Below, piece by piece: positions 9,929 to 19,072 of a DNA stretch of 64,000 bases. The stretch covers positions 18,128-82,127 of the forward strand of contig CAZKOY010000004.1 in the NCBI GenBank assembly GCA_964554495.1, read 5' to 3'. This DNA is from an uncultured Myxococcales bacterium. GTDB taxonomy: Bacteria > Myxococcota_A > Polyangia > Palsa-1104 > JAEUJZ01. The notes under the pieces are model-generated. The model saw only the letters and a list, made by a program, of their open reading frames with translations. It searched no databases and was not told the DNA's origin. Numbering within the stretch: the first letter of the stretch is position 1; each line of letters begins with the position of its first letter. The position numbers and the translations under genes were made by a program.

Positions 9929-11262
9929 GCGCGTGGGCATGGCTTTTGACACTGTGCGGCGCACTGCTTTGTGCGACGTCGGCGCGAGCAAACCCCGTCG
10001 ATGCCTTTGGCCTGGGAGCGCGAGCCACCGCGCTGGGCTCGGCGTACTCGGCAGTGGCCGACGACACAGCAGCGGCGTATTACAACCCAGCGGGCTTGGC
10101 GCGCAGCACCGATCTGCGCGTCGACTTGGGCTATCAGCTAGCGCGGCCGGTCTTGAAGGTCTCGGGGCAGCCGCAGGACCTGATGGACTCGCGCGGGCTG
10201 ATCTTTGGCGTGCTCTTGCCGGGGCGGCTTCTGGGCCTGCGCTTTGCCTTCGGTGTGACGCTGTTTTTGCCGGACCAGCAGGCGACGCGAATCCGCGTGC
10301 TGTCGTTCGATCGGCCGCGGCTGCAGCTCTTTGAAAACCGACCGCAGCGGATGTTTTTTGCCGCGAACCTGGCGATTCACATCTATCGCGGCTTATACCT
10401 AGGCGGCGGCTTGACGTTTATGTCGCGCAGCAAGGGCGTGGTGTATCTGCGCGGCCGCGTCGCACTGTCCGATCCCGAAGAGAGCGCGCTTGAGTCCTCC
10501 GTCGATGTGAACCTGCTGGCGATTCGCTATCCGCAGGTTGGCCTGCTGTTCGAGGCGACCAAGGACCTGTCCTTTTCGCTGGTGTACCGCCACAAGTTCC
10601 TGCTGGAGCTAGAGCAAGGCTTCAACATCCGCGGCGACATCGGCGACGCAGGACAAGAGCCGCTGGTGAAAGACGCCCGCTTTGAAGAGGTCGCGTACTC
10701 GGTCGATCTGTTCCAGCCGTGGCAGATCGTGGCCGGTGCGGCGGCGCGGTTCTCGTCGGTGTTGGTCAGCTTCGATCTGACGTACTCGCGCTGGAGCGAG
10801 CAGCCCCCACCCGCGGCGCGCATCAGCCTGAACGTCGACATCGGCCGCTTCAACGATCTGGTCAAGCTAGTGCCCTCGCGGCCTTATCCCGATCCGGGGT
10901 TCTTTGACACGCTGATGCCGGCTGTGGGGGTGGAATGGCGGGCGCTTTCGAATGCGCTGTCGGGGAGGCTGGCGCTGGATCTGCGCGGCGGCTATCGCTT
11001 CGAGCCGTCTCCCGTGCCAGAACAGGACGGCGAGTCGAGCTTCGGCGACAGCGACCGCCACATCGTTAGCCTGGGCCTGGGCGTTGAGCTATCGCGACTT
11101 GGCCAGGTTCTAAGAAAGCCGCTGGCGATCGATGTGTTCGGCGCCTTTACACACCTGCCGCTGCGCCGCTTTAAGAAGCTCGATCCGCGGTCACTGGTCG
11201 GCGATTTCACCGTCGGAGGGCAGGTCTGGCAAGTCGGAGGGCAAATGCGATGGCGGTTCTAA
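9925..11262 (+). CDS. FadL/OmpP1/TodX-like outer-membrane beta-barrel protein (paralogue 2)
   Basis: Signal peptide, then FGLGARATALGSAYSAVADDTAAAYYNPAGLA. Both copies share SDRHIVS(A/L)GLG near the C-terminus; this copy ends in an aromatic residue (RWRF). The start overlaps the previous stop (ATGA). Confidence 0.7.
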   Translation: MSAWAWLLTLCGALLCATSARANPVDAFGLGARATALGSAYSAVADDTAAAYYNPAGLARSTDLRVDLGYQLARPVLKVSGQPQDLMDSRGLIFGVLLPGRLLGLRFAFGVTLFLPDQQATRIRVLSFDRPRLQLFENRPQRMFFAANLAIHIYRGLYLGGGLTFMSRSKGVVYLRGRVALSDPEESALESSVDVNLLAIRYPQVGLLFEATKDLSFSLVYRHKFLLELEQGFNIRGDIGDAGQEPLVKDARFEEVAYSVDLFQPWQIVAGAAARFSSVLVSFDLTYSRWSEQPPPAARISLNVDIGRFNDLVKLVPSRPYPDPGFFDTLMPAVGVEWRALSNALSGRLALDLRGGYRFEPSPVPEQDGESSFGDSDRHIVSLGLGVELSRLGQVLRKPLAIDVFGAFTHLPLRRFKKLDPRSLVGDFTVGGQVWQVGGQMRWRF

Positions 11263-12407
11263 ACATGCGCATGTGCAGTACGGCGTTCCAACGCGTCGTC
11301 GGGAAGCCGACAAACCATGGAACACTGCAGGCGTTCGCCGGGCCGCTTGCCTGGGCGGCGCTGCTTCTGACGGGGCTTACTGCGTGCGGAACGCAGGGCG
11401 ATGCGACGGTGCTGCCGGATCGCTGGCCGCGCTCGGGGCTGTCGGGGTATCGCTTCGTGGATGCCGATGTGCCCTATGCCCTGGGCCGCTTTGGCTGGGA
11501 TCTCGACGAGCCGACAGTGGTCGTGCCCGTGATGCCGAGTGCGACGCTGGCCGACGCTCGCATGCAGGTGTGGGGGCAGATGAGCCCGCGGCTGTCGCCG
11601 GAAAAGACCGTACTGTTTCGCGCCGAGCTAAGCGCTCAAAAGCCCAATGCCGAGGCAGAGCCCGACGAAGCGCTGACTCCGACGCAGCCCTGGGAAGGCG
11701 CCGGGCTGCACAGCCCCAGCTTGCTGGCGCTGCGCGACGATGGCAGCCGCCAGCTACTCGTTTACCAAGGGCAGCAGGGCGATGTCGGGGCGGCAGTGGT
11801 CACAGGCGATGGCATCGACAAGCGAGACGCGCCGCTGATCTCGGCGACGACGCTGCGGGCCGGGACCACCGGCACCATCGGGCGGGTGTCGGCGGTGCGC
11901 GATGAAGACCGTGTGTACCTGTTCTATACCCTCGGCGAGCGCGAGCTTCGCGTGGCCGAGACCGCGTACGCGACGCTGGTGCGCACTGCCGATCTGGGAC
12001 AGAAAGAAACCGGCGAGCTAGACGTGCGCATCAGCCCGCCGCTGCTTTACGCCAGCGCCGTCGGTGTGCCGCCCGGTGAAAGCAAGGCTGTACCTGCTGA
12101 GCGCATCGGGCACGTGGCGGCGCGTCGCTTGCTGACCCCCGTGGGCCGCGTGCGCTGGGACGTGGCGCTGCGAGCGCAGGCCGGGCGCGACACGGTGCTG
12201 GTGGCCGCAAGCGCCTTTGCCGAGGCGCGTACGAAAGCGAGCATTGGCCCCGCTTCTGCGTTCTTGCCCGTCGAGGCCGCGCTGATCAAGACCAGTGAGG
12301 GCACGGTGGGGGCACCCAGCTTGGCGACGGTGGCGGGCCGCTCGCTGCTGTTTTTTGGGCTGCGCAGCGTCGGCAGCCAAGTGGCCGTGGCCACCCTGCC
12401 GCAGTGA
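11250..12407 (+). CDS. Hypothetical lipoprotein
   Basis: Lipobox LLLTGLTACGTQGD. Alternative in-frame ATGs at 11265 and 11271 lie just after the upstream TAA (11260-11262). No motif I recognise. Confidence 0.55.
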   Translation: MAVLNMRMCSTAFQRVVGKPTNHGTLQAFAGPLAWAALLLTGLTACGTQGDATVLPDRWPRSGLSGYRFVDADVPYALGRFGWDLDEPTVVVPVMPSATLADARMQVWGQMSPRLSPEKTVLFRAELSAQKPNAEAEPDEALTPTQPWEGAGLHSPSLLALRDDGSRQLLVYQGQQGDVGAAVVTGDGIDKRDAPLISATTLRAGTTGTIGRVSAVRDEDRVYLFYTLGERELRVAETAYATLVRTADLGQKETGELDVRISPPLLYASAVGVPPGESKAVPAERIGHVAARRLLTPVGRVRWDVALRAQAGRDTVLVAASAFAEARTKASIGPASAFLPVEAALIKTSEGTVGAPSLATVAGRSLLFFGLRSVGSQVAVATLPQ

Positions 12408-13576
12408 GCCCGAGCAAGGCCATGAACCCCGACGCGTCTCAGCCGTCCAGCGATCCGATCCGGGCGCTGCTTACGCAAGGCGTCGGGACGGTGTACCCAG
12501 CAGCCGGGCTTCTGTGCCGGCATGGGTATAGGCTTGTGCGGCTGGACACCGTCGGGGCCGCCCTGGCTGACACCTGCTTTGACCTGGCATCGCTGACCAA
12601 GGCGCTCTGCACCAGCGTGCTGTGCCTGCGCGCTCTGTCGCAAGGCCGCCTGCGGCTCGATGAGGTCGCGCTGCCCGGTGTGTCCGTCGAGGATCTCTTG
12701 CGACACCAGAGCGGCCTGCCCGCCTGGCTGCCGCTTTTTGCATCCGATGCGCGGGACGCAGACGAGGCAGCGACTCGCCCCTTTCCGACGCCAAGCGTAG
12801 CGCTGCGCCGGACCGCATTCGACGCTGCGCGAGCCGCACCACGCGGGCCCGTGGGTCAGCGCGCGGTGTACAGCGACCTGGGCTTCATCGTGCTGGCCGA
12901 TCTGTTGGAACAGCGCTTGGGCGAGCGGCTGGATGTGCAGTTTGCCCGCCTGGCCGATGCGCTTGCCATCGAGCTTGCCTTTCGTCCGCTGGATGTCGCC
13001 GAGTCGCTGCAGCGCATTCCCGTGAACCGCTGCGCCCCCACCCATCGCGAGACCCCACGACGCGAGCCGCTGCGTGGGCAGGTTCACGACGACAACGCCC
13101 GCGCCATGCTGGGCGTCTCGGGACATGCGGGGCTGTTCGGCACGCTCTGCGCGGTGGCTGACCTGGCCGCGGCGCTGCTCGACTGTTACCACCGGCTCGA
13201 TACCCAGGCGGCGATCGCGCTGGGCATCGAGCCCGCTGTGCTGGCGGCGGCGTGGGCGCTGCCGCAAGCGAAGCACGCACCGGGCACGACCTGGGGTCTG
13301 GGCTGGGATCATCCATCGCCGCAGTCACCCGATTCGTCGTCGGTGTCATCGGCGGGCTCGCTGTGGCCACGTACGGGCGTCGGGCACCTGGGCTTTACCG
13401 GCTGCTCGCTGTGGATCGATCCGGCTGCCCATCGCGATCAGGCTGTGGTGGCCGTGTTCCTATCGAACCGCGTCTGCGTGCCGTCCCCCGCCGAGGCCGC
13501 TGCGACGCAAGCAGGCATCAAGCGTCTGCGCCCCCTGCTTCACGACGCGATCTATCGCCTCGCCACGGCGGCCTAA
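12404..13576 (+). CDS. Beta-lactamase/transpeptidase-fold serine hydrolase (peptidase S12 / class C-related)
   Basis: SxxK motif in FDLASLTKALCT, Tyr motif in AVYSDLGFIVLADLLE, third motif GHLGFTGCSLWIDP. The GTG start overlaps the upstream TGA; an alternative ATG lies at 12422. Confidence 0.8.
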   Translation: MSPSKAMNPDASQPSSDPIRALLTQGVGTVYPAAGLLCRHGYRLVRLDTVGAALADTCFDLASLTKALCTSVLCLRALSQGRLRLDEVALPGVSVEDLLRHQSGLPAWLPLFASDARDADEAATRPFPTPSVALRRTAFDAARAAPRGPVGQRAVYSDLGFIVLADLLEQRLGERLDVQFARLADALAIELAFRPLDVAESLQRIPVNRCAPTHRETPRREPLRGQVHDDNARAMLGVSGHAGLFGTLCAVADLAAALLDCYHRLDTQAAIALGIEPAVLAAAWALPQAKHAPGTTWGLGWDHPSPQSPDSSSVSSAGSLWPRTGVGHLGFTGCSLWIDPAAHRDQAVVAVFLSNRVCVPSPAEAAATQAGIKRLRPLLHDAIYRLATAA

Positions 13577-13583
13577 GAGGCTC

Positions 13584-13913
13584 CTAGGGATCGATCGGCA
13601 CCGGCTCTAGCTTGTAGCCGCGCGAGGTCATGCACAGGTTGGTCATCTTTTTCACCTGATCCTTGCGCGCCGCGCGCTGCTCACTCGACAGCGCTCCGAC
13701 GGGACCCGCCTGAATCTCGGCGTTGTATTCGCAGACGGCTTTATCGTACTTCACCTGATCGGACTTCACGCCGTCCTTCTTCCATTCCATCGGCAGCGTG
13801 ATGCAGGCAAAGAGCGTCAGCGCGCCCCCCACAATCCCCATCCTCGCCCATCCAAGCTTGGCAGCGACCCCTTCCAAAACGCGCGTCCTATTGATGGCAT
13901 GCATCGCGGTCAT
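13584..13913 (-). CDS. Small hypothetical lipoprotein
   Basis: 109-aa ORF with lipobox in MGIVGGALTLFAC (alternative start at 13841). Lys-rich mature part with conserved-looking Cys residues. Confidence 0.5.
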   Translation of the reverse strand: MTAMHAINRTRVLEGVAAKLGWARMGIVGGALTLFACITLPMEWKKDGVKSDQVKYDKAVCEYNAEIQAGPVGALSSEQRAARKDQVKKMTNLCMTSRGYKLEPVPIDP

Positions 13914-14088
13914 GACAGTGCTCCCCTTCGCAACATACCGAAAAATACGCGCACTGGGGGGGACGATCTGACAGGTCAGGCGCGACCGAGTCGGGCCTGG
14001 GAAAGCTACGCCTCGTCGGCTGACCGCAGTCGCAACAGAAAACCGCGGCTAGTCAGGGCCGGGCATTTTGTGGATACTCGCCCGCGAA

Positions 14089-15615
14089 ATGAAGGTCCTT
14101 CATGTTGCCTCGGAAGTCGCGCCGCTGTCGAAGACAGGCGGCCTGGGAGACGTTCTTGGTGCCCTGCCGCGAGCCCTGACGCAGACGGGAGAAGCGACGA
14201 GCTATGTCGTCTCGGCCCGCTATGGCTCGCTGTCGCCGAGTGAGTTCGGCATGGCCCGCCGCCTGCGCACGATGTCGGTGCCCCTGGCCGGCGAAAACCA
14301 CGAGGTCACGATCTATGAAGGCCGCCTGCCGGGGCCTGGCGCCTATGTGCCGCTGTACCTGATCGATCATCCGCTCTTCAGCGAGCGCCCTGGCATCTAT
14401 GGCCCGCCGGATCAGCCAGGCCAGGACTACGGCGACAACGCACGCCGCTTTGCCCTGCTTTCGCGGGCCGCACTGACCTTGGCAGCGAGCTTCGATCTGC
14501 GCCCCGACATCGTGCATGGCCACGACTGGCAGACTGCTCTAGCTGTGTACTATGCCCGCGTCGGTCATCACGATCTGGGGCGCCGCATGGCGACGGTGTT
14601 TACCGTACACAACCTGCTGTTTAAGGGGCTGTGCTCGCTGGGTGAAGCCGCGGCGCTGGGTGTGGCGCCGCAAGACCTGGGACCCGAAGGCGTCGAGTTC
14701 TGGGGCCAGGCCGCGTTCATCAAAGCCGGTCTAAAGTTCGCGCACCGCGTCACCACCGTCAGTCCGACGTACGCGAACGAGATCCGCACGCCCGAGTTCG
14801 GTTACGGCTTGGAAGGCGTGATGTCGGCGCTTGGCGATCGCCTGACCGGCATCTTGAACGGCGCCGACTATGAGCGCTGGAGCCCGTGGAGCGATCCCTA
14901 TCTGCCGATGCGCTACGGCCATCCCGAGGGTACGGGCACCCCCCTCGACGAGGACCGCTGGCAGTCGGCGCTTGCCGGCAAGGCGCGCTGCAAAGCCGAG
15001 CTTCAGCGCGAGCTTGGCTTGTCACCGCGTCCGCGTACGCCGCTGCTTGCGACGATCTCGCGCCTGACCGAGCAGAAGGGCATCGACCTCATCTGCTCGC
15101 TGCTGGAAAACGATCTGCTTGCCGGCAGCGACTTTCAGTGGGTGATCTTGGGTCGCGGCGAGTCCTGGCTGGAAGAGCGGCTGCGTGCCTTGACCACTCG
15201 CTTCCCCAGCCGCTTGGCCGTGCGCTTGGCCTATGACGAAGCGCTCTCGCACCGCACCGAGGGCGGCGCCGACTTCTTCGTGATGCCCTCGCGCTTTGAG
15301 CCCTGCGGCCTGAACCAGCTTTACAGCATGCGCTATGGCACTCCGCCGATTGTGCGCGCCACGGGCGGCTTGGCCGACTCTGTCGTCGATTACGACGCGC
15401 GTTCCAAGAGCGGCACCGGCTTCTGCTTCACCCACTACGACGCGCCATCTTTGACCCATGCTATTCGTCGCGCCCTGTCGGCGTATGGCGGCGACCCCAT
15501 GGCTTTCCAGGGCCTGATCCGTCGCGGCATGCGCGCCGACTTTGGCTGGGCGCAGTCTGCACGGGCCTATCTGCATGTCTATAAACAGGCCCTGCTGGAC
15601 AGCCACGCGGGATAA
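14089..15615 (+). CDS. glgA: Glycogen synthase (ADP-glucose type)
   Basis: MKVLHVASEVAPLSKTGGLGDVLGALPRAL (KTGGLGDV motif), GT5/GT1 layout, C-terminal PSRFEPCGLNQLYSMRYGTPPIVRATGGLADSV. Confidence 0.9.
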   Translation: MKVLHVASEVAPLSKTGGLGDVLGALPRALTQTGEATSYVVSARYGSLSPSEFGMARRLRTMSVPLAGENHEVTIYEGRLPGPGAYVPLYLIDHPLFSERPGIYGPPDQPGQDYGDNARRFALLSRAALTLAASFDLRPDIVHGHDWQTALAVYYARVGHHDLGRRMATVFTVHNLLFKGLCSLGEAAALGVAPQDLGPEGVEFWGQAAFIKAGLKFAHRVTTVSPTYANEIRTPEFGYGLEGVMSALGDRLTGILNGADYERWSPWSDPYLPMRYGHPEGTGTPLDEDRWQSALAGKARCKAELQRELGLSPRPRTPLLATISRLTEQKGIDLICSLLENDLLAGSDFQWVILGRGESWLEERLRALTTRFPSRLAVRLAYDEALSHRTEGGADFFVMPSRFEPCGLNQLYSMRYGTPPIVRATGGLADSVVDYDARSKSGTGFCFTHYDAPSLTHAIRRALSAYGGDPMAFQGLIRRGMRADFGWAQSARAYLHVYKQALLDSHAG

Positions 15616-15624
15616 TTGCTCTTC

Positions 15625-16665
15625 GTGGAGCTTTCCCACCTTCGCTATTTCCTCGCCATCGCACGGGCCGGCAGCATCAGCGCCGCCGCCAAGAAGCTGC
15701 GCATCAGCCAGCCCGCCTTGACCGTCGCCATTCATCAGCTGGAAAAAGAGCTCTCGGGCACGCTGTTCCATCGCGATCACAGCGGAGTCACGCTGACCAG
15801 CGTCGGTGAAGAGCTGCGCCGCCATGCCGAGCAGATCTTCACGCTGATCGAGCACGCGCAAGAACAGGTGCGCAGCTTAGAGCGCGGCTCGATCGGCCGC
15901 TTCACCTTGGGCTGCCACGAGTCGCTGGGGGCGTACTTCTTGCCCGGCTTCATGGCCGACTTCTGGCGCGCCGAGCCGCGCATCGAGCTTTCGCTGTGGA
16001 ACGCGCCCTCGGCCGCCGTCGAAGATGCCGTCGTCGAGCGCAAGGTCGACTTTGGCCTGGTGGTAAACCCGCGCCGCTTGCCGGATCTGGTGATCGTCGA
16101 TCTATTTCGCGATGCCGTGGATCTCTTTGTTGCGTCGCCCAGCGACGGCAGCCCGCTTGCGCTGTCCTGGGACGAGGCCGTGGCTCGCATCATCGAAGGG
16201 CCGATCGTCTACGCCGGGCGCGTCTCGCAGTGCGTCGAGCTGATCGAGCGCTTGGCGGGTATGAAGGTCGCTTCGCATCGCTTGCTGTCCTGCGGCGATC
16301 TGGAGCTCGTCAAGAGCCTGGCCTTGGCCGGCATCGGCGTCGCGCTGTTGCCGCGACGGGTGGCAGCGTATGGCCAAGGCCACCGCCTGCAGCGCCTGCA
16401 TCCCGAGCTGCCGAACTTTCCCGACACCATCTGCTTGGTCTTTCGCGCGGATCTGCCGCGGACCGTCGCTGCCCTGCGCCTTAAAGAAGCCCTCATCGAG
16501 CACGGGCAGAAGCTGGATCGCTTGGGCGATGGTCACGATCCGCACACGCTTCGCAGCGACCCTGGTGGCTCGCGCAGCGTCGCCGAGCGGTCCGATTCTG
16601 AATCGGCCCCAGCGCGACCGCAGCGCGCATCCGCGCTACCGCGCCGGCCGCGGGGAAAAGGCTAA
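15625..16665 (+). CDS. LysR-family transcriptional regulator with disordered C-terminal tail
   Basis: (V/M)ELSHLRYFLAIARAGSISAAAKKLRISQPALTVAIHQLEKELSGTLFHR is a LysR wHTH. GTG 15625 is preferred over TTG 15616. It starts 10 nt after the glgA stop. Confidence 0.85.
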   Translation: MELSHLRYFLAIARAGSISAAAKKLRISQPALTVAIHQLEKELSGTLFHRDHSGVTLTSVGEELRRHAEQIFTLIEHAQEQVRSLERGSIGRFTLGCHESLGAYFLPGFMADFWRAEPRIELSLWNAPSAAVEDAVVERKVDFGLVVNPRRLPDLVIVDLFRDAVDLFVASPSDGSPLALSWDEAVARIIEGPIVYAGRVSQCVELIERLAGMKVASHRLLSCGDLELVKSLALAGIGVALLPRRVAAYGQGHRLQRLHPELPNFPDTICLVFRADLPRTVAALRLKEALIEHGQKLDRLGDGHDPHTLRSDPGGSRSVAERSDSESAPARPQRASALPRRPRGKG

Positions 16666-16669
16666 GAGC

Positions 16670-18142
16670 GTGCTGCGTCCGCTGCGCTTGCTGCGCGACA
16701 TCGTCCTGCGCCTGCGACGAGCCCGCCGTCGTCGTCGCTTTCCGGCGCCGCGCACTTTCCGGTACGAGCGCTTCGGCGGCATCGCGCAGCTAGGTGGACG
16801 CAGTGGCTGGCCGCAGGCCTTGGTCTTCGTCGATCACGATCGCGCGCAGCACTTGGGATACGCTGCGCCTCCGCCGGGCCTGTGGCCGCCGTCCGTCGAA
16901 CCAGGCGCCGATCCAGCCAGCGATTCCCGCCAAGGGCCTGCGCTGTCTGCCGCCGCCATCGACGATCTTTTGCGGCAGCCGCTTTCCGCGCCGCTTGAAG
17001 CCCACCTGCAGCTGACCAATCGCTGCGCTGCTGGCTGCAAGGGCTGCTATACCGGGGCCACCGTCGACGGTGCGCCACAGGAATGGGGGCTGGCCGAGTG
17101 GTGCCGCGCGCTTGACGAGCTAGCCGAAGCCGGCGTGTTTCACGTCGCGCTCGGCGGTGGCGAGTCCGCGCTGCTGCCCTGGCTGGACGATCTTTTGCGC
17201 TACGCCCGCCGCCGCGGCATCGTCCCCAACCTGACCACAAGCGGCCTGTATCCCGACGAGGTATTGCAGCGCGTATGTCAGCTCGCCGAGCAGGGCCTGT
17301 TCGGTCAGATCAACGTCTCGATCGACGGCGTACACGAAGACTATGCCCGCGTGCGCGGCATCGATGGCTTTGCCCAAGCCGATCGTGCGCTTGTCGCCCT
17401 GCGGCGCGTCAGCCCCGATGTCGGCATCAACTGCGTGCTCACCCGTGACACGTTTTCTCGTCTGCCGCAGCTATTTTCCTATGGCCGATCGCGCGACGTC
17501 AGCGAGATCGAAGTCCTGCGCTTCAAGCCCGCCGGCCGCGGCGCCCGTCGCGAGGTCTATCAAAACAGCCGCTGCAGCGATGAACAGCACCGCGCGCTTC
17601 TGCCCACCGTGCTGTCGCTGAGCCGCCAGCATGGCCTGCGCGTGCGCTTGGACTGTTCGTTTACCCCGATGGTTGTCCATCACCAGCCGCCCCGGCAGAT
17701 TGTGCAATTCCTTTGCATTTATGGATGCGCGGCGGGTGACCTTCTCGTCGCAGCACGCAGTGCTGGACAGCTATCTGCCTGCAGTTTCTTTGCATCTACG
17801 TCGGCGCGGGTGGACCGCCTGCGCGCGTACCAAAAAGAACCCGCCGCTTTCCCAGAGTTTCAGCGCTATCGCGAAACGCCGCCCGAGCCCTGCCGATCGT
17901 GTGAGTACCGGGCGCTGTGCCGCGGTGGCTGCCGGGCTGTCGCGCAGCACATCCACCACGACGCACACGCCCCCGACCCCGAGTGTCCGCGGGTGATCGA
18001 CTGGCAGGCGCGCACCGCGATGACGCAGCCAACGCAGGCCGCGCAGCCAGGGGAGTCGCCAACGGAATCTGCGACGGATTCGTCCGCGGACAGTCGACCT
18101 TTGACGCAGTGCGCAAAAAGGCGTTTGCCCGTGCTAGCGTAG
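16670..18142 (+). CDS. Radical SAM / SPASM-domain enzyme (peptide- or cofactor-maturase-like)
   Basis: CX3CX2C in HLQLTNRCAAGCKGCYTG. C-terminal auxiliary-cluster Cys motifs (GCAAGD..., CRSCEYRALCRGGCRAV) are typical of SPASM. GTG 16670 sits 5 nt after the LysR stop; the track ORF start at 16370 would overlap LysR. Confidence 0.85.
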   Translation: MLRPLRLLRDIVLRLRRARRRRRFPAPRTFRYERFGGIAQLGGRSGWPQALVFVDHDRAQHLGYAAPPPGLWPPSVEPGADPASDSRQGPALSAAAIDDLLRQPLSAPLEAHLQLTNRCAAGCKGCYTGATVDGAPQEWGLAEWCRALDELAEAGVFHVALGGGESALLPWLDDLLRYARRRGIVPNLTTSGLYPDEVLQRVCQLAEQGLFGQINVSIDGVHEDYARVRGIDGFAQADRALVALRRVSPDVGINCVLTRDTFSRLPQLFSYGRSRDVSEIEVLRFKPAGRGARREVYQNSRCSDEQHRALLPTVLSLSRQHGLRVRLDCSFTPMVVHHQPPRQIVQFLCIYGCAAGDLLVAARSAGQLSACSFFASTSARVDRLRAYQKEPAAFPEFQRYRETPPEPCRSCEYRALCRGGCRAVAQHIHHDAHAPDPECPRVIDWQARTAMTQPTQAAQPGESPTESATDSSADSRPLTQCAKRRLPVLA

Positions 18143-18150
18143 GCGCAGCC

Positions 18151-19059
18151 ATGTTCCCAGTCGGCGATCCCATGTCTTCTGTTGGTTCCAACACGTCGCC
18201 GCCGCGCGCCATCTTTGTCGTTTCGGATGCGACCGGCGAGACCGCAGAAAAGGTCGTGCGAGCCGCTCTGTCGCAGTTCGAGATCGACGACAGCGATATC
18301 GACCTGCGCGTCTTTCCCCATCTGCGCCACGAGCATGATGTCGACACCGTCGTCGCCGAAGCCCAGGTCGCGCAGGCGCTGATCGTCTCGACGCTGGTCC
18401 GCCCCGAAGAGCGCGAGCTTTTGTTCCGGCGCTGTGGCGAGCGCAGCGTGCGCTGTGTCGACCTGCTCGGCTCGCTGCTTGGCTCGCTGGCTGGCTTCTT
18501 CGGCATCGAGCCGCGCGGCATCCCCGGCCTTTTGCACACCGTTTCGACCGGCTATTACCGCCGCATGGAAGCCATCGAGTTCACCGTCCACAGCGACGAC
18601 GGACGCGAGCCTGATGCCCTACTGCGCGCCGATCTGGTGCTGGTCGGCGTCAGCCGCACGTCCAAGACGCCGCTTTCGATCTATCTGGCTCAGAAGGGCT
18701 TCAAGGTCGCCAACGTGCCCGTGGTGCTCGACGTGCCGCCGCCGGCTCAGCTTGCCGAGGTCGCGCCCGAGCGGGTGTTCGCGCTGACCATCCAGCCCGA
18801 AGCGCTGCTCGCCATTCGTCGCCAGCGCCTCTTGCGCCTGCACTTGGATCTGGTGCCCGACATGAGCTATGGCCAGCGCGAGCACATCCTGCGCGAGATC
18901 TATTTCGCCCGCTCGCTGTTTTCCGCCCACCCCGGCTGGACCGTGGTCGACATCACCGGCAAGGCCATCGAAGAGACCGCCGCCGACATCCTGCGCGCCT
19001 TTTCCGCAGCTCAGCAACGACAGACGCAGAATCACCTTCTCTCGGACGGCGAGAAGTAG
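18151..19059 (+). CDS. ppsR: PpsR/PDRP-type bifunctional kinase-pyrophosphorylase (DUF299 family)
   Basis: IFVVSDATGETAEKVVRAAL and P-loop-like LVGVSRTSKTPLSIYLAQKGFKVANVP, with typical length. ATG 18151 is in frame with track ORF 17917-19059. Confidence 0.85.
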   Translation: MFPVGDPMSSVGSNTSPPRAIFVVSDATGETAEKVVRAALSQFEIDDSDIDLRVFPHLRHEHDVDTVVAEAQVAQALIVSTLVRPEERELLFRRCGERSVRCVDLLGSLLGSLAGFFGIEPRGIPGLLHTVSTGYYRRMEAIEFTVHSDDGREPDALLRADLVLVGVSRTSKTPLSIYLAQKGFKVANVPVVLDVPPPAQLAEVAPERVFALTIQPEALLAIRRQRLLRLHLDLVPDMSYGQREHILREIYFARSLFSAHPGWTVVDITGKAIEETAADILRAFSAAQQRQTQNHLLSDGEK

Positions 19060-19072
19060 TGCAATCGCGCGC

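Noticed and set aside
12047-13312. 421-aa minus-strand ORF
   Set aside because: It is antisense to the lipoprotein and the SxxK serine hydrolase, with Arg/Gln/Ala-rich composition and no motifs. Shadow ORF.
16370-16669. Upstream extension of the radical SAM ORF (track start 16370)
   Set aside because: It would overlap 300 nt of the LysR gene in another frame. GTG 16670, just after the LysR stop, gives a sensible N-terminus.
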